64,000 nucleotides of DNA, taken from the NCBI GenBank assembly GCA_965216755.1, contig CBDCGL010000011.1, positions 1,472,001 to 1,536,000 on the forward strand, written 5' to 3'. Source of the stretch: Alphaproteobacteria bacterium (GTDB lineage: Bacteria; Pseudomonadota; Alphaproteobacteria; UBA7887). Every line of letters begins with the position of its first letter. Position 1 is the stretch's first letter. Under the pieces are notes generated by a model. It ran no database searches. It had not been told where the DNA came from and saw nothing but the letters and a program-made list of their open reading frames with translations. The translations under genes were made by a program, and so were the position numbers. Positions 19,552-31,655 of this stretch are shown here, in pieces.

Positions 19552-20771
19552 ATTTCGCCTATCTCCGCCTGCACGTCGCCCGTGCCACGATCCCATCCGG
19601 TCCGCACGCCGTACGTCAAGATCCCAATACCGACGACCGCCGCAATTGGCAAGGCGATCAGGTTCAGCCCGCCCCAGCCAAATTGATGCAAAAGCGCACC
19701 TGAGGATAATGCGGCAAGACCCGCCGCACCAAATACGAAAAACTCATTGATGCCCTGCGCCCGCGCGCGGTCGTGCCCACCAAATGATTGCGCCATCAGA
19801 TCCGTGGCACCGACGAACAGAAAGTTCCAGCCGATCCCCAAGAGCACCAAAGCGAGCCAAAAGTTCGTCATGGCGATACCGCTACTGGCAACGCCGATAC
19901 ACATGAATTCCAGGATGACACCCGTCATCATGATGCGCAAAGTTCCGAAGCGGCGGATCAAATAACCCGTTACGAATGACGGTGCGAACATACTCAAGAC
20001 ATGCCATTGGATGACAAATGCCGCGTCGCCGAAATCGTGGCCGCATTGGCTCATCGCCAGCGGCGTCACCGACATGATCAAGATCATTACGGCGTATGCG
20101 CCAACACCGCCGCCGACCGCGACCATGAATTGTGGCTGCCGCAGAATAGCAAAGGTTGGTCGCGCCACGCCAAATGACCGCTGATGGATCATGCGCGGCA
20201 AGCGCATGGTCGTGAGGACCGCGATGGTGACCGCCGCCAGTATGGCGATCGCCCCATACGCGCCGGCAAATGGAATAACAGGCAGCGCATCGATACCGTA
20301 TTTCGCCACCGTCGGTGCAAGCAGCGCCGCGATGACCCCACCGCCCAGCACCAAGCCAATCGCTGTACTGCGCAGGGTTATGGGCGCTACTTCCGCAGCG
20401 GCATATCGATAGTAATTGCCAAAGCCGATATGCGCACCCAACAGGCACATGCCCACGGCGAACAGCGCAAAGGCGCCCGACCATAGCGCGTAAGCTGAGA
20501 TCGATGCGCCGACAATGCCGATCACAGCACCAACGGCGAAGCCCGCTCGTCGGCCCCATCTGGCCATCAGCAACGAGGCTGGAAGGGTTGCCATCGCGGT
20601 ACCGGCCCATTGCAGCGCAATTGGCAATGTCGCGAGAGATTTGTCTACCGCCAGGACACTGCCGGCCAAGGCGGACACGCTGACGAGCACGGTTTGCCCC
20701 GTGCTGGTCAAAGCCCAACACAAGGCCAGCAATCCGACAGTACCGCCGAGCGCGCGTAGGGTGCGGATCAA
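19548..20771 (-). CDS. MFS transporter
   Basis: About 12 TM segments, WGRR motif A, YRYAAAE, IQWHVLSMFAPSFVTG, GIGWNF. Confidence 0.9.
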   Translation of the reverse strand: MIRTLRALGGTVGLLALCWALTSTGQTVLVSVSALAGSVLAVDKSLATLPIALQWAGTAMATLPASLLMARWGRRAGFAVGAVIGIVGASISAYALWSGAFALFAVGMCLLGAHIGFGNYYRYAAAEVAPITLRSTAIGLVLGGGVIAALLAPTVAKYGIDALPVIPFAGAYGAIAILAAVTIAVLTTMRLPRMIHQRSFGVARPTFAILRQPQFMVAVGGGVGAYAVMILIMSVTPLAMSQCGHDFGDAAFVIQWHVLSMFAPSFVTGYLIRRFGTLRIMMTGVILEFMCIGVASSGIAMTNFWLALVLLGIGWNFLFVGATDLMAQSFGGHDRARAQGINEFFVFGAAGLAALSSGALLHQFGWGGLNLIALPIAAVVGIGILTYGVRTGWDRGTGDVQAEIGEI

Positions 20772-20783
20772 GACGCGGGCAAT

Positions 20784-21920
20784 CTATTCCGCCGCGATGG
20801 CGCGACTGATGACCATCCGCTGCACGTCGCTGGTACCTTCATAGATCTGGCAAATGCGCACGTCACGATAAATGCGCTCTACCGGATGGTCCCGCAAATA
20901 GCCATAGCCACCGTGAATCTGTATCGCATCGGAACAGACTCGTTCAGCTGCCTCGGACGCGAACAGTTTCGCCATGGAGGCTTCTTTGAGGCACGGCTCG
21001 TCGGCATCTCTCAGTGTCGCGGCGTGCAAAACCATGTGGCGCGCCGCATCGACCTGGGTCGCCATATCGGCCAATCGAAACGCGACCGCTTGATGTTCGA
21101 TAATCGGCCGACCAAAGCTTTCGCGGTTCTTGGCGTATTCCAACGCCGCTTCATAGGCGGCGCGCGCCATACCGACCGCCTGCGCCGCGATGCCGATGCG
21201 CCCGCCTTCCAAATTGGCGAGCGCGATCCGGTAACCTTCGCCGGGCGCGCCCAAGACCAAATCCGGGGTCAGTTCCAGGTTGTCGAGCACGATCTGGCAT
21301 GTGTCAGATCCGCGCTGACCGAGCTTGTGTTCCTGGCGCGCGACCGTATATCCGGGCGTGTCGGTCGGAACGATAAATGCTGTAATGCCGCGCTTGCCCG
21401 CGTCCGGATCCGTCACCGCGAAAATCAAGGCAACGTCGGCCGACTGCCCCGATGTCACGAATTGCTTGGTGCCATTGAGCACGTAGTGGTTGCCAGTGAG
21501 TTCGGCACGGGTCTTGATTGCTGCCGCGTCGGAGCCCGCATCGGGTTCGGTCAGACAGAATGCGCCGAGCATGTCACCACGCGCCAGCGGCCGCAAAAAC
21601 CGCTCTTTCTGCCTGTCGCTGCCGTAGCGGTGAATGGGCACACACACAACCGAGTTCTGCACACTCATCACGGTGGAACAGGCGCCATCGCCGGCCGCGA
21701 CTTCCTCGATCGTCAGCGCGTAGGCGACATGGTCGGCACCGACCCCGCCCCAATCTTCGGGCACCAACATGCCCAGAAAGCCAAGCTCCGCCATGCGCCG
21801 CACCGCGTCGGCCGGAAATGTCTCGTTGCGGTCCCATTCCGGCGCGTATGGCGCAAGTTCGCTTTGCGCAAAGGCGCGCGCGGTTTCGCGCATCATCTTT
21901 TGTTCTTCAGTCAGTAGCAT
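20784..21920 (-). CDS. Acyl-CoA dehydrogenase (short/branched-chain type)
   Basis: [45 protein letters not shown]. Confidence 0.93.
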   Translation of the reverse strand: MLLTEEQKMMRETARAFAQSELAPYAPEWDRNETFPADAVRRMAELGFLGMLVPEDWGGVGADHVAYALTIEEVAAGDGACSTVMSVQNSVVCVPIHRYGSDRQKERFLRPLARGDMLGAFCLTEPDAGSDAAAIKTRAELTGNHYVLNGTKQFVTSGQSADVALIFAVTDPDAGKRGITAFIVPTDTPGYTVARQEHKLGQRGSDTCQIVLDNLELTPDLVLGAPGEGYRIALANLEGGRIGIAAQAVGMARAAYEAALEYAKNRESFGRPIIEHQAVAFRLADMATQVDAARHMVLHAATLRDADEPCLKEASMAKLFASEAAERVCSDAIQIHGGYGYLRDHPVERIYRDVRICQIYEGTSDVQRMVISRAIAAE

Positions 21921-22086
21921 CGGGTCTCGCCCATTTTGTGTATCGCTCTCATCCGGCAACACGCCCGCGACGTCTTAAGCTACTGCAAACCTGGCCGGCG
22001 GGCGATGCAATCATCCACGCGCGCGGCCTTTGCTATGATCGGTCCTACCGCGCTCGGCTGGCGACGCGTGAAATAGGAGAGCGGCG

Positions 22087-22998
22087 ATGACAATTTACGT
22101 CCGCAAAATTCAAGACACCTTCTGCGCGGAAATTACCGGCGTAAGTTTATCGGTGCCGCTCGGTGACTCCGATTTCGAAATCATTCGCAATGCATTCCAT
22201 GCCAGCGCGGTGCTGGTATTCCCCAACCAACCGCTGAACGACTCACAGCAGGTTGCCTTCAGTCGGCGCTTCGGCCCGTTGGAGCGGAGTTTGAAAACCA
22301 GCTTCGGCGGTCCCCCGGAGATCTCCAACATCACCAATGCCGACGAAAACAACCGGCTCTACGGCGATGGCGACGCGCGCAATGTCTTCTCGCTAGGTAA
22401 CCAAATTTGGCACACAGACAGTTCTTTCAAAGTTGTGCCAGCCATGGCCTCCGCTTTGTCGGCACGCGTGGTGCCTCCGGCCGGCGGCGAAACCGAATTC
22501 GCGGACATGCGCGCCGCTTACAACGCTCTGACCGATTCCATGAAGGCGGGCATCGCCGATTTGGTCGCCGAACACAGCTTCGCCTACTCCCAAGGCCAGA
22601 TCAGCCTCGAGGCACTATCAGACGGTCAAATCGATGAATTGCCACCGGTCCAGCATCGGGTCGTACGCGTACATCCGGTCACCGGCCGCAAAGCTCTCTA
22701 CATCGGTCGTCATGCCTCGCACATTGTCGGCATGCCCCTCGAGGACGGCCGCAAGCTATTGGCAGATCTGCTCGAACATGCCACGCAGCCGCGGTTCGTC
22801 TACCGCCATAATTGGACCGTTGGCGATTTGGTGATGTGGGACAACCGCTGTGTCTTGCACCGTGGACGCCCGTATGACATGGCCAAACACCACCGCATCA
22901 TGCATCGCACGACTTTGGCTGGTGACACCGCCGACAATCCTTGGGCCTTAGATCGGGCTGCGGCCGGCGAACAAGATGCGCCGGCGTACCGGCTATAG
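22087..22998 (+). CDS. TauD/TfdA family Fe(II)/2-oxoglutarate dioxygenase
   Basis: WHTDSSF (HxD), GGETEFADMRAAY, WDNRCVLHRG. Confidence 0.92.
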   Translation: MTIYVRKIQDTFCAEITGVSLSVPLGDSDFEIIRNAFHASAVLVFPNQPLNDSQQVAFSRRFGPLERSLKTSFGGPPEISNITNADENNRLYGDGDARNVFSLGNQIWHTDSSFKVVPAMASALSARVVPPAGGETEFADMRAAYNALTDSMKAGIADLVAEHSFAYSQGQISLEALSDGQIDELPPVQHRVVRVHPVTGRKALYIGRHASHIVGMPLEDGRKLLADLLEHATQPRFVYRHNWTVGDLVMWDNRCVLHRGRPYDMAKHHRIMHRTTLAGDTADNPWALDRAAAGEQDAPAYRL

Positions 22999-23985
22999 AA
23001 CCACCTTGTGGGGTTCGCCATCGGGGTTGGCAAAAATAAGCCGCAGCGTCTCAGACAACGGTCGTACTTCGGCCGCCGCAAGCAATCCCAAACGGGTCAT
23101 TTCTGCGTGACAGGCCGGTAAGTTGTAATGCGGTATGGCCGGGTAGAGATGATGCTCGATATGATAATTGACGTAATGCGGAAACAGTAAAACACGCAGC
23201 CAGGTCGGTGCGATGTTCGTGCGTGCGGCGGTAATCGGTTGGGTCACGTCCGGCACGGCGCCATGCTCGCAAATCGCACGCAGGCGCAAGATGGCCTGCA
23301 ACATCGTGACCAACGGCAAAACCCAAAGCACCAAATACGCGACCCCATACCCTGACGCGAAGGCGACGGCCAGCGCCAGTGCGTGAAAACCAATCACCAA
23401 CCAACGATCACGTCGCGCCGCAGCCCGCAACACTGGAGAGGTATCGTCGATCGGCCGGCTGGCTTGGTTGGTCGCGATATTCAGCGCCGGTGCGCCAAAG
23501 AAATAGGCGTAGGTCTTCCACGCCGTCAGTCCGGCCAAATCCTTGACCAGTTTACCGATCAAATACCCGCGGCCACGCGGATAGCCGGCATGCAACGGTA
23601 TGTCCGGGTCTTGGGGGCCGTAAAGATGGTTGTGGTGCAGTCGATGCACAACCCGGTACGTACACATGGAAATACCGGCGATCGTTGCGCAAATGCGGCC
23701 GATCAGGTCGTTGAGCCATCGCTCGCGATAAAGACGGTAGTGCGCGGCGTCATGCGCCAAAACAAACAGTGCCTGTTGCCTGGTTGCGATGACGATCAGG
23801 GCCGGCACGATGACCAATGGATGCCACCAAATCACGGGGATTGCGACGCTCGCCGAAAGCGCGCCGAAAGTGATCGCGACCGACAACGTCGCTTTGCGGT
23901 CGTCGATGCGACTCAAAGCCTTGACCCGCGAGGCCGGCAGACCCCTGGCCCGCCGATCATCCCTGAACTCTTCGCCGCGATGCAT
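22993..23985 (-). CDS. Fatty acid desaturase family membrane di-iron protein
   Basis: His boxes HDAAH, HRLHH, HIEHH with TM segments; ATG at 23985 preferred. Confidence 0.88.
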   Translation of the reverse strand: MHRGEEFRDDRRARGLPASRVKALSRIDDRKATLSVAITFGALSASVAIPVIWWHPLVIVPALIVIATRQQALFVLAHDAAHYRLYRERWLNDLIGRICATIAGISMCTYRVVHRLHHNHLYGPQDPDIPLHAGYPRGRGYLIGKLVKDLAGLTAWKTYAYFFGAPALNIATNQASRPIDDTSPVLRAAARRDRWLVIGFHALALAVAFASGYGVAYLVLWVLPLVTMLQAILRLRAICEHGAVPDVTQPITAARTNIAPTWLRVLLFPHYVNYHIEHHLYPAIPHYNLPACHAEMTRLGLLAAAEVRPLSETLRLIFANPDGEPHKVVL

Positions 23986-24143
23986 ATTGTCGCGCCTTTC
24001 CCGGCCCCATGTCCGCCAGTTTAGCATGGCCTGGCACGATTCCATCTTGACGCGCCACCGCGCCACCAACATCGTGCGTGGGGTCTTGCGCGTGTGCCGC
24101 CACGGCCTCCGACCAATCTGTGCCTCTAGTCAAGGGTGCGATC

Positions 24144-25316
24144 ATGATCCCGAATCAATTGCCATCGCTAGATTTTCATTTGGGTGAGACGGCCGACATG
24201 CTGCGCGACACCGTGGCGTCGTTCACCGCCGACGAGATTGCGCCGCGCGCCGCGCAGATCGACGAAAGAAATGATTTTCCAGACGATTTATGGCGCAAGT
24301 TCGGAGATTTGGGGTTACTCGGGATTACCGTCGAAGAGGAATACGGCGGTGCCGGCTTGGGTTACCTGGAACATGTTGTCGCGATGGAAGAAATTAGCCG
24401 GGGGTCCGCGGCCGTAGGCTTGTCCTACGGCGCCCATTCAAACCTGTGCGTCAACCAAATCCGCCGCAACGGCAATGACGACCAGAAGCGGCGCTATATC
24501 GAGAAACTGATATCCGGTGAGCACGTCGGTGCCTTGGCCATGAGCGAACCGGGCTCAGGCTCGGATGTTGTTTCCATGCGCACGCGCGCGGTCAAGAAAG
24601 GTGACCGCTACATCCTGAATGGCAGCAAAATGTGGATCACCAACGGGCCGGATGCGGACGTTTTGGTGATTTACGCCAAGACCGATCCAGATGCCGGCCC
24701 ACGCGGCATTACCGCGTTTCTGGTTGAAAAAGGCTTCAAGGGTTTTTCCACTGCACAAAAGCTCGACAAACTTGGCATGCGTGGCTCGAACACTTGTGAG
24801 CTGGTTTTCCAGGACTGCGAAGTTCCGGAGGAGAATGTGCTTGGACCGCTCAACAAAGGAGTCAACGTGCTGATGAGTGGCCTGGACTATGAGCGTGCGG
24901 TCTTGTCCGGCGGACCACTTGGGCTGATGCAGAATTGCATGGATATCGTTGTGCCTTACGTCCATGAGCGGAAGCAATTCGGACAAGCGATCGGTACGTT
25001 TCAGCTCATGCAAGGCAAATTGGCCGATATGTACACAACCATGAACGCGTGCCGCGCCTATGTGTACGCGGTCGCACGCGCGTGCGACGCCGGCCAAACG
25101 ACGCGTAAGGACGCCGCCGGCGCCATCTTGTTTGCGGCCGAAAAGTCGGTTTGGATGGCACTCGAGGCGATCCAATGCCTGGGCGGCAATGGCTACATCA
25201 ACGAGTACCCGACTGGACGGCTGTTACGGGACGCCAAACTCTATGAAATAGGTGCCGGCACGCAGGAGATCCGGCGCATGTTGATTGGCCGCGAGCTGTT
25301 TGAGGAGACGGCATGA
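24144..25316 (+). CDS. ivd: Isovaleryl-CoA dehydrogenase
   Basis: [48 protein letters not shown]; ATG at 24144 (MIPNQ). Confidence 0.94.
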   Translation: MIPNQLPSLDFHLGETADMLRDTVASFTADEIAPRAAQIDERNDFPDDLWRKFGDLGLLGITVEEEYGGAGLGYLEHVVAMEEISRGSAAVGLSYGAHSNLCVNQIRRNGNDDQKRRYIEKLISGEHVGALAMSEPGSGSDVVSMRTRAVKKGDRYILNGSKMWITNGPDADVLVIYAKTDPDAGPRGITAFLVEKGFKGFSTAQKLDKLGMRGSNTCELVFQDCEVPEENVLGPLNKGVNVLMSGLDYERAVLSGGPLGLMQNCMDIVVPYVHERKQFGQAIGTFQLMQGKLADMYTTMNACRAYVYAVARACDAGQTTRKDAAGAILFAAEKSVWMALEAIQCLGGNGYINEYPTGRLLRDAKLYEIGAGTQEIRRMLIGRELFEETA

Positions 25317-26188
25317 TGACATTGCGGCACATGCTGGCCGCGGCCTGCGCGGTTTGCCTGCTCTCGTCGGCGGCCGGCAGCGCGCGTGCGCAAGACCGCC
25401 CCATCGGCCTCGGCGTGATCGACTTGTCGTTCTATGCGGTCTCGGGTGCGATCGTTGAACATGTGCTGGAGCGCCTCGGCCATGATGTCGATGTCGTGCG
25501 CGGCCCGCACAACGTGCTATTCCCGAAGCTCGCCGAGGGCAAGATCGACCTGCTCAACGCGGTCTGGCTGCCGCACGCCCACAAGACCTATTGGCAGCGC
25601 TACGGTGCCGACGCGATGGAGATCACGACTCTTTACGACGGCGCGCGTCTGATGTGGGCCGTACCTGACTATGTTCCGGAAAGCGTGGTGGCCGCAATCT
25701 ATGACCTGCCGAAACTCGGCATTGTCGAGCGCATGGACAAGACTATTCAGGGAACCGGTCCCGGCTCTGGCCTGACAATCCGATCTATCGCGATGATGGA
25801 CGCGTACGGACTGGCCGGCGCCGGATACCAATTCAAACCGGGCTCAGAGGCGCAGTGGCGCAACGCCATACGTCGTGCCTTTGATGAAAAACGGTGGATC
25901 GTAATCCCCACGAGCGTGCCACGCTTTGTCACTCACGCTTACGGCGTGCGCGCGCTAAAGGATACCAAAGGCTCGCTGGGCGAAAGCAACCGCGTTGTGC
26001 TGGCTGCGGCGCCCGGAAGCGACGACGCACTGTCATCTACGAGCCTTGATGTGTTGCGGCGCATCAAGCTGACCACGGACGCCGTGGCCGCCATGGATTA
26101 CACCGTTGTTGTCGACGGATTGACCGCGAAAGCCGCAGCGCAACAATGGATTGGCGCAAATACGACAATTGTCGAAAGCTGGTTTTGA
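25313..26188 (+). CDS. Glycine betaine/OpuAC-type substrate-binding protein (stand-alone)
   Basis: Signal peptide, [30 protein letters not shown]; ATGA overlap with the ivd stop. Confidence 0.8.
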   Translation: MMTLRHMLAAACAVCLLSSAAGSARAQDRPIGLGVIDLSFYAVSGAIVEHVLERLGHDVDVVRGPHNVLFPKLAEGKIDLLNAVWLPHAHKTYWQRYGADAMEITTLYDGARLMWAVPDYVPESVVAAIYDLPKLGIVERMDKTIQGTGPGSGLTIRSIAMMDAYGLAGAGYQFKPGSEAQWRNAIRRAFDEKRWIVIPTSVPRFVTHAYGVRALKDTKGSLGESNRVVLAAAPGSDDALSSTSLDVLRRIKLTTDAVAAMDYTVVVDGLTAKAAAQQWIGANTTIVESWF

Positions 26189-26374
26189 CGGTCGAAGACC
26201 AGCGTCCGCGCAAGATGTCTTCGCAAGTGCACAAAAATATGTATAGTAGAGTTGTGGCGCGCCGCTGATTTGCTGTGTCGGTTCGATTTGGGTAAGCCAG
26301 TCCGGCTACTGTGTCGGCGCGCGATTCAGCCGAATATATAACGGACGAACAGCTAAAGTCAGGGAGAAGGACCT

Positions 26375-27562
26375 ATGGCCGAAGATCCGATCGTCATTGT
26401 GGGCATGGCCCGCACGCCAATGGGCAGCTTTCAAGGCGCGCTCGCGACAGCGACCGCACCTCAGCTTGGGACAACCGCGATCAAGGGCGCGCTTGAACGC
26501 GCCGGCGTCGGCGCCGACGATGTCGATGAAGTGATCATGGGATGCGTTTTGCCGGCCGGCCAAGGCCAAGCGCCGGCCCGCCAGGCCGCGATCGGTGCCG
26601 GACTACCGGTTGATGTCGGCGCAACGACGATCAACAAAATGTGCGGCTCAGGCATGAAAGCGACCATGTTTGCGTGCGACATGCTCGATGCCGGCAGTGC
26701 GAACATTATGATCGCAGGCGGCCTGGAAAGCATGACCAACGCGCCGTATCTGTTGCCAAAGGCACGCGCCGGCTATCGGATGGGCCACCAAGAGGTCAAA
26801 GACCACATGTTCTTGGACGGGCTAGAAGATGCTTACGAGCCGGGCCGCCTGATGGGCGCTTACGCCGAGGCCACGGCCGAAGCCTATCAGTTTACCCGAG
26901 AGGCCCAGGACGAATTCGCCATCACGTCGCTCAAACGTGCCAAACAGGCAAACGAGGACGGCAGCTTTGATCGCGAGACCGTGCCGGTAACCATCAAGAC
27001 CCGGAAAGGCGAAACGGTCGTCGATAAGGACGAGCAGCCGTTCAACGCCAATATCGAGAAGATTCCCTCGTTGCGGCCGGCGTTCGCCAAAGACGGCACG
27101 GTGACGGCGGCAAATTCCAGCTCGATTTCCGACGGCGCCGCGGCGCTGGTCATGATGCGTCGCTCAGAATCCGAAAAGCGCGGTTTGACGCCGCTGGCAA
27201 CGATCGTCGCCCACACGACCCACAGCCAAGAGCCGCGCTGGTTTACCACAGCGCCGATCGGCGCTGTGCGCAAGGTTCTGGAAAAGGCCGGCTGGAGCCC
27301 GGAGTCGGTCGACTTGTTCGAAGTCAATGAGGCCTTTGCCGTGGTGACCATGGCGGCGATGAAAGATCTCAATCTGGCCCACGAAAGGGTAAACATCCAT
27401 GGCGGCGCGTGCGCCCTGGGTCATCCAATCGGTGCGTCTGGCGCGCGTATCATTTGTTCGCTGATCGGCGCCATGCAGAAGGAAGGCGCGAAACGCGGCA
27501 TCGCGTCACTGTGCATCGGCGGCGGCGAGGGCACCGCACTCGCGCTCGAAATGGCAGCTTAG
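26375..27562 (+). CDS. Acetyl-CoA C-acyltransferase (thiolase)
   Basis: NKMCGSG, NEAFA, GHPIGASG, CIGGGEG. Confidence 0.94.
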   Translation: MAEDPIVIVGMARTPMGSFQGALATATAPQLGTTAIKGALERAGVGADDVDEVIMGCVLPAGQGQAPARQAAIGAGLPVDVGATTINKMCGSGMKATMFACDMLDAGSANIMIAGGLESMTNAPYLLPKARAGYRMGHQEVKDHMFLDGLEDAYEPGRLMGAYAEATAEAYQFTREAQDEFAITSLKRAKQANEDGSFDRETVPVTIKTRKGETVVDKDEQPFNANIEKIPSLRPAFAKDGTVTAANSSSISDGAAALVMMRRSESEKRGLTPLATIVAHTTHSQEPRWFTTAPIGAVRKVLEKAGWSPESVDLFEVNEAFAVVTMAAMKDLNLAHERVNIHGGACALGHPIGASGARIICSLIGAMQKEGAKRGIASLCIGGGEGTALALEMAA

Positions 27563-27591
27563 ATCAGACCAAAGCTATGTTGTGACCATGG

Positions 27592-27630
27592 GGGCGCGGC
27601 CAAACACATTGGCCGCGTCCTTCTTGTTCT
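27592..27630 (+). terminator. Probable intrinsic terminator after the thiolase gene
   Basis: Stem GGGCGCGGCCAA / TTGGCCGCGTCC with 5-nt loop, followed by TTCTTGTTCT; lies between convergent genes. Confidence 0.6.
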
Positions 27631-27651
27631 GTGGCCGAATTCACCCGATGG

Positions 27652-29049
27652 TCAAAGCAGGATCGCTTTGGCCAGAGCCAGAAAGGCGAAAAAGCCAAGT
27701 ACGTCGGTGACGGTGGTGAGGAGAACAGCACCAGCCACGGCGGGGTCGATTCCTGCCCGTGACAGCCCGAGCGGAATAAGAAACCCGGACACCGCGGCAA
27801 CCAACAAATTGACGATCAAGGCGAGCCCGATAACCACGCCGATCATGACGCTGGCGAACCACAAGCCGGCCACCAAACCAGTCAACAACGCAAACGCGAT
27901 CCCGTTGTAGCCGCCGACAAGCACCTCTTTCCACAAGGTTCGCCCGGCGTTAACCGCCGTCAATTCGTGGGTCGCCAGCGCGCGAACCGCCACCGTGAGC
28001 GTCTGCGTACCGGCATTGCCGCCCATCGAGGCGACAATCGGCATCAACACCGCCAATGCGACGAGCTGTTCAATGGTGTCGGCGAAAAACGCAATTGTCA
28101 CCGAGGCCAATATCGCGGTGAACAAATTGACCAACAGCCAAGTGAAGCGCTTCGAGGCCGTTCGCATGGCACCCAGATGCAGGTCGCCTTCCGACGACAC
28201 GCCGCCCAGGCGATGAATGTCTTCGCCGGCCTCTTCTTGGATCACGTCAACCACGTCGTCGACAGTAATTTGGCCGATCAGGCGGCCACTAGGTTCGATG
28301 ACGGCGGCTGACATCAAATCGTACTGATCGAACATGAACGCGACTTCTTCCTGGTCCATTTCGACCGGTATAAGTCGCTGATCACGCTCCATAATTTCGC
28401 TAATTGGAACCGGCCGGCGGGTGCGCATGGCGCGGCTTAGCGGGACAGTGCCAGCCGGCATATGTTTCGGATCAACGACAAAGATCTCGTAGAAGTCGTT
28501 GGGCAACTCGTCTGTTTCACGCAGCCAATCGATGACGTCACCGACAGTCCAGTATTCCGGCACCGCGACACAGTCGCGCTGCATAATGCGGCCCGCGCTG
28601 TCCTCCGGATAGGCGAGCGCTTCGGCGACCAAGCCTCGGTCGGCGGCGGGCATCGCGTTGAGCACGGCGTCTTGATCGGCCGGCGTCAGACCTTCCAACA
28701 AATTCGCCGCGTCGTCGGTTTCCAACCGTGCAGCGACGGCAGCCAATGTGTCTGGGGCCAATCCTTTGAGCACGTCGTCGCGGACATGCTCGCCGATCTC
28801 AGCCAAGACCTCTGGATCAACCTGTGGTCCGAGTACAGTGATCAACTCCGCGCGCTGATCCGCCGCTAAGGCTTCGATGATGTCTGCCAAGTCGGCCGCA
28901 TGGAGCGGCGCGACCAAACGTCGCGCGGTCTCCGGCCGCCCGTCGCGCAGGGCCTCGGCAACCTCGCGCACCAGATCGGTAGTTACGACAAACGGCTCGC
29001 CGGCACCGTCCGTCGGCGGCACGCCGCCTATGGGTGACGGTTCGGTCAT
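27652..29049 (-). CDS. mgtE: Magnesium transporter MgtE
   Basis: MgtE_N, YPEDSAGRIM, CBS pair, PIVASMGGNAGTQ, DPAVA...TTVTDVLG. Confidence 0.95.
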   Translation of the reverse strand: MTEPSPIGGVPPTDGAGEPFVVTTDLVREVAEALRDGRPETARRLVAPLHAADLADIIEALAADQRAELITVLGPQVDPEVLAEIGEHVRDDVLKGLAPDTLAAVAARLETDDAANLLEGLTPADQDAVLNAMPAADRGLVAEALAYPEDSAGRIMQRDCVAVPEYWTVGDVIDWLRETDELPNDFYEIFVVDPKHMPAGTVPLSRAMRTRRPVPISEIMERDQRLIPVEMDQEEVAFMFDQYDLMSAAVIEPSGRLIGQITVDDVVDVIQEEAGEDIHRLGGVSSEGDLHLGAMRTASKRFTWLLVNLFTAILASVTIAFFADTIEQLVALAVLMPIVASMGGNAGTQTLTVAVRALATHELTAVNAGRTLWKEVLVGGYNGIAFALLTGLVAGLWFASVMIGVVIGLALIVNLLVAAVSGFLIPLGLSRAGIDPAVAGAVLLTTVTDVLGFFAFLALAKAILL

Positions 29050-31328
29050 TACATATTGATCGCGTGATCTTGAGCGTCGACGACGGTCAAAGCGGCGATG
29101 TTGACGATGCCACGCACAGTCACCGACGGAGTCATAATGTGCGCCGGACCAGCCGCGCCCATCAAAACCGGACCGACATTGATGCCATCACCCAAAGCCT
29201 TGGCGAAGTTGTAGGCAATGTTGGCCGCGTCGCGGTTCGGCATCACCAGCAGATTGGCCGCACCCGCAAGGGTCCCGTTGGGCAACAAGCTTTGTCGCAC
29301 GGTCTCGCGTAACGCGGAATCCGCATGCATTTCGCCATCGATTTCCAAATCGGGAACCAAAGAGCGAATGATGGCCAAAGCCTCACGCATGGTTTCCGCC
29401 TCAGGCGCGTCGGAGCTGCCAAAGTTTGAGTGGGACAGCAAAGCCGCCTTCGGCACAATCCCGAAACGCCGCACCTCTTCGGCTGCAAGAACCGTCATTT
29501 CCGCCAATTGCTGCGGGTTTGGCGCCTGCACGATATGTGTGTCCAAGATGAAATAGGCCCCGCTCGGCAAAATCAGCACTTGCATGGCATATGGACTACT
29601 CACGCCACTGCGTAGGCCAATGACGTCGGCGATGGTCCGCAAATGGTCGTCGTAACGGCCGTTTGGCCCCGCCAACAAGCCGTCCGCTTCACCGCGTCGT
29701 ACCATCAGCGCGGCGATCGCCGTGAAATTGGTCCGAATCGCAATGCGCGCCGCGCTGCGCGTGACCCCCCGACGCCCCATGAAATCGTGATATTGCGTGG
29801 TATAGTCGTTGTAGCGAGGATCGTCCTCAGGGTCACATAGCTCGACATCACGACCAATCTGCAACCGGAGTCCGTAACGTTCGATCCGGTTCTCGACCGG
29901 GCGACGACGACCAATCAGAATGGGTTGCGCGAAGCCTTCGTCGACGATCACTTGGGCGGCGCGGAGAACGCGCTCTTCCTCACCTTCGGAAAAGACAATC
30001 CGTTTCGGAGCGTTTTTTGCGCTTTGGAAGACGCCGCGCATCACCAGGGAAGAACGAAACACAAACTGCTCTAGGCGCAGGCGATAGGCGTTCAAGTCCT
30101 CGACCGTGCGCGTTGCGACACCCGTTTGCATGGCGGCTTCCGCGACCGCCGGGGCAATCGCACCTAACAAGCGCGGATCAAACGGCCGCGGCAAAATATA
30201 GTCCTGTCCGAATTGCGCGGTTTGGCCGCCATAGGCACGGTCGACGACGTCAGACGACTCGGCCATGGCCAGATCCGCAATGGCATGTACGCACGCCTGT
30301 TTCATCTCCGCATTGATGGTTGTCGCGCCAACATCGAGGGCACCGCGGAATATGAAGGGAAAGCACAGCACGTTGTTCACTTGGTTCGGATAGTCGGAAC
30401 GTCCGGTGGCAATTACAGCGTCCGGGCGCGCCGCCCGGGCCGCCTCCGGGCGAATTTCCGGGTCTGGATTGGCAAGGGCCAAGACCAGCGGCTTATCTGC
30501 CATGGTTTCGAGCCACGCGGGCTTGAGCACGTCCGGCGCGGACAGGCCGAGAAAAATATCCGCGCCCTTAATGGCCTGCTCCAGGGTGCGCAATTCTGTC
30601 TTGATCGCGTAACGCGATTTTTCGGGATCCATTTCCCGCTTTCGGCCCTGATAAACAACGCCAACAATGTCGGTGGCAACGATGTGCTCTTTCGGTAATC
30701 CAAGCGCGACCAATTGATCGAGGCAAGCAAGCGCCGCCGCGCCAGCACCCGATGTGACGAGCTTCGCCTCAGCAAGGTCTTTGCCGACCAAACGCAGGCC
30801 GTTGACAATCGCGGCCGCGACAATAATGGCAGTCCCATGCTGGTCGTCATGGAACACGGGAATGCCCATGCGATCGCGCAAGGCGCGCTCCACTGCAAAA
30901 CACTCTGGAGCCCGAATATCTTCCAGATTTATCCCGCCAAATGTCGGTTCCAGGCTGGCGATGATGTCGACCAATTTATCGGGGTCACGCTCGTCGATCT
31001 CGATGTCGAAGACATCGATCCCAGCGAACTTTTTGAATAGCACGGCCTTGCCTTCCATGACCGGTTTTGCCGCCAATGGCCCAATCGCACCGAGCCCTAG
31101 CACCGCCGTGCCGTTACTGATGACGGCGACCAGATTTGCCCGGCTGGTGACATCCCGCGCCGCTGTCGGATCGGCGCTGATAGCTTCGCAAGCCGCGGCG
31201 ACACCCGGTGAATAGGCCAGCGCCAAATCGCGCTGATTGGCGAGTGCTTTGGTGGGAACAACTTCCAACTTCCCGGGCTGCGGCTCCCGGTGATACTCCA
31301 ACGCACTGTCGCGGAAAGTCCCGGTCAT
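29049..31328 (-). CDS. maeB: NADP-dependent malic enzyme with PTA domain
   Basis: [35 protein letters not shown]-terminal phosphotransacetylase-like domain (DGEMHAD). Confidence 0.94.
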   Translation of the reverse strand: MTGTFRDSALEYHREPQPGKLEVVPTKALANQRDLALAYSPGVAAACEAISADPTAARDVTSRANLVAVISNGTAVLGLGAIGPLAAKPVMEGKAVLFKKFAGIDVFDIEIDERDPDKLVDIIASLEPTFGGINLEDIRAPECFAVERALRDRMGIPVFHDDQHGTAIIVAAAIVNGLRLVGKDLAEAKLVTSGAGAAALACLDQLVALGLPKEHIVATDIVGVVYQGRKREMDPEKSRYAIKTELRTLEQAIKGADIFLGLSAPDVLKPAWLETMADKPLVLALANPDPEIRPEAARAARPDAVIATGRSDYPNQVNNVLCFPFIFRGALDVGATTINAEMKQACVHAIADLAMAESSDVVDRAYGGQTAQFGQDYILPRPFDPRLLGAIAPAVAEAAMQTGVATRTVEDLNAYRLRLEQFVFRSSLVMRGVFQSAKNAPKRIVFSEGEEERVLRAAQVIVDEGFAQPILIGRRRPVENRIERYGLRLQIGRDVELCDPEDDPRYNDYTTQYHDFMGRRGVTRSAARIAIRTNFTAIAALMVRRGEADGLLAGPNGRYDDHLRTIADVIGLRSGVSSPYAMQVLILPSGAYFILDTHIVQAPNPQQLAEMTVLAAEEVRRFGIVPKAALLSHSNFGSSDAPEAETMREALAIIRSLVPDLEIDGEMHADSALRETVRQSLLPNGTLAGAANLLVMPNRDAANIAYNFAKALGDGINVGPVLMGAAGPAHIMTPSVTVRGIVNIAALTVVDAQDHAINM

Positions 31329-31478
31329 GACGCCCCCGTCGGCTCGAGCGACCTTGCCTGGTTATCGGCGACGCTCTGATTTTGGCGCGAAACCACGGCG
31401 CCACGGTGTTATGAAAGTTGAGATCAATCGAAAAGGCGCGCCACAACACGCCGTGCGACGACTTAGGCGCCATGAAAT

Positions 31479-31565
31479 TGGTGCGGTCGAGAAGACTCGA
31501 ACTTCCACGGGGTCTCCCCCACAGCGACCTCAACGCTGCGCGTCTACCAGTTCCGCCACGACCGC
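31479..31565 (-). tRNA. tRNA-Leu (anticodon GAG)
   Basis: GCGGTCGTGGCGGAACTGGTAGACGCG CAGCG-TTGAGGT-CGCTG, long variable arm, GTTCGAGT T-loop, encoded CCA. Confidence 0.96.
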
Positions 31566-31655
31566 GCTATGCCAAGGCGCACCGCAAGGTGCAACCGGCA
31601 CTGGGCGGGCATAACAAATCTGTTGGGCCGACGCAACACGTGATAGCGTGCGATC

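Noticed and set aside
31329-31565. tRNA-Leu as an island integration site
   Set aside because: No integrase and no duplicated tRNA 3' end seen; maeB follows directly
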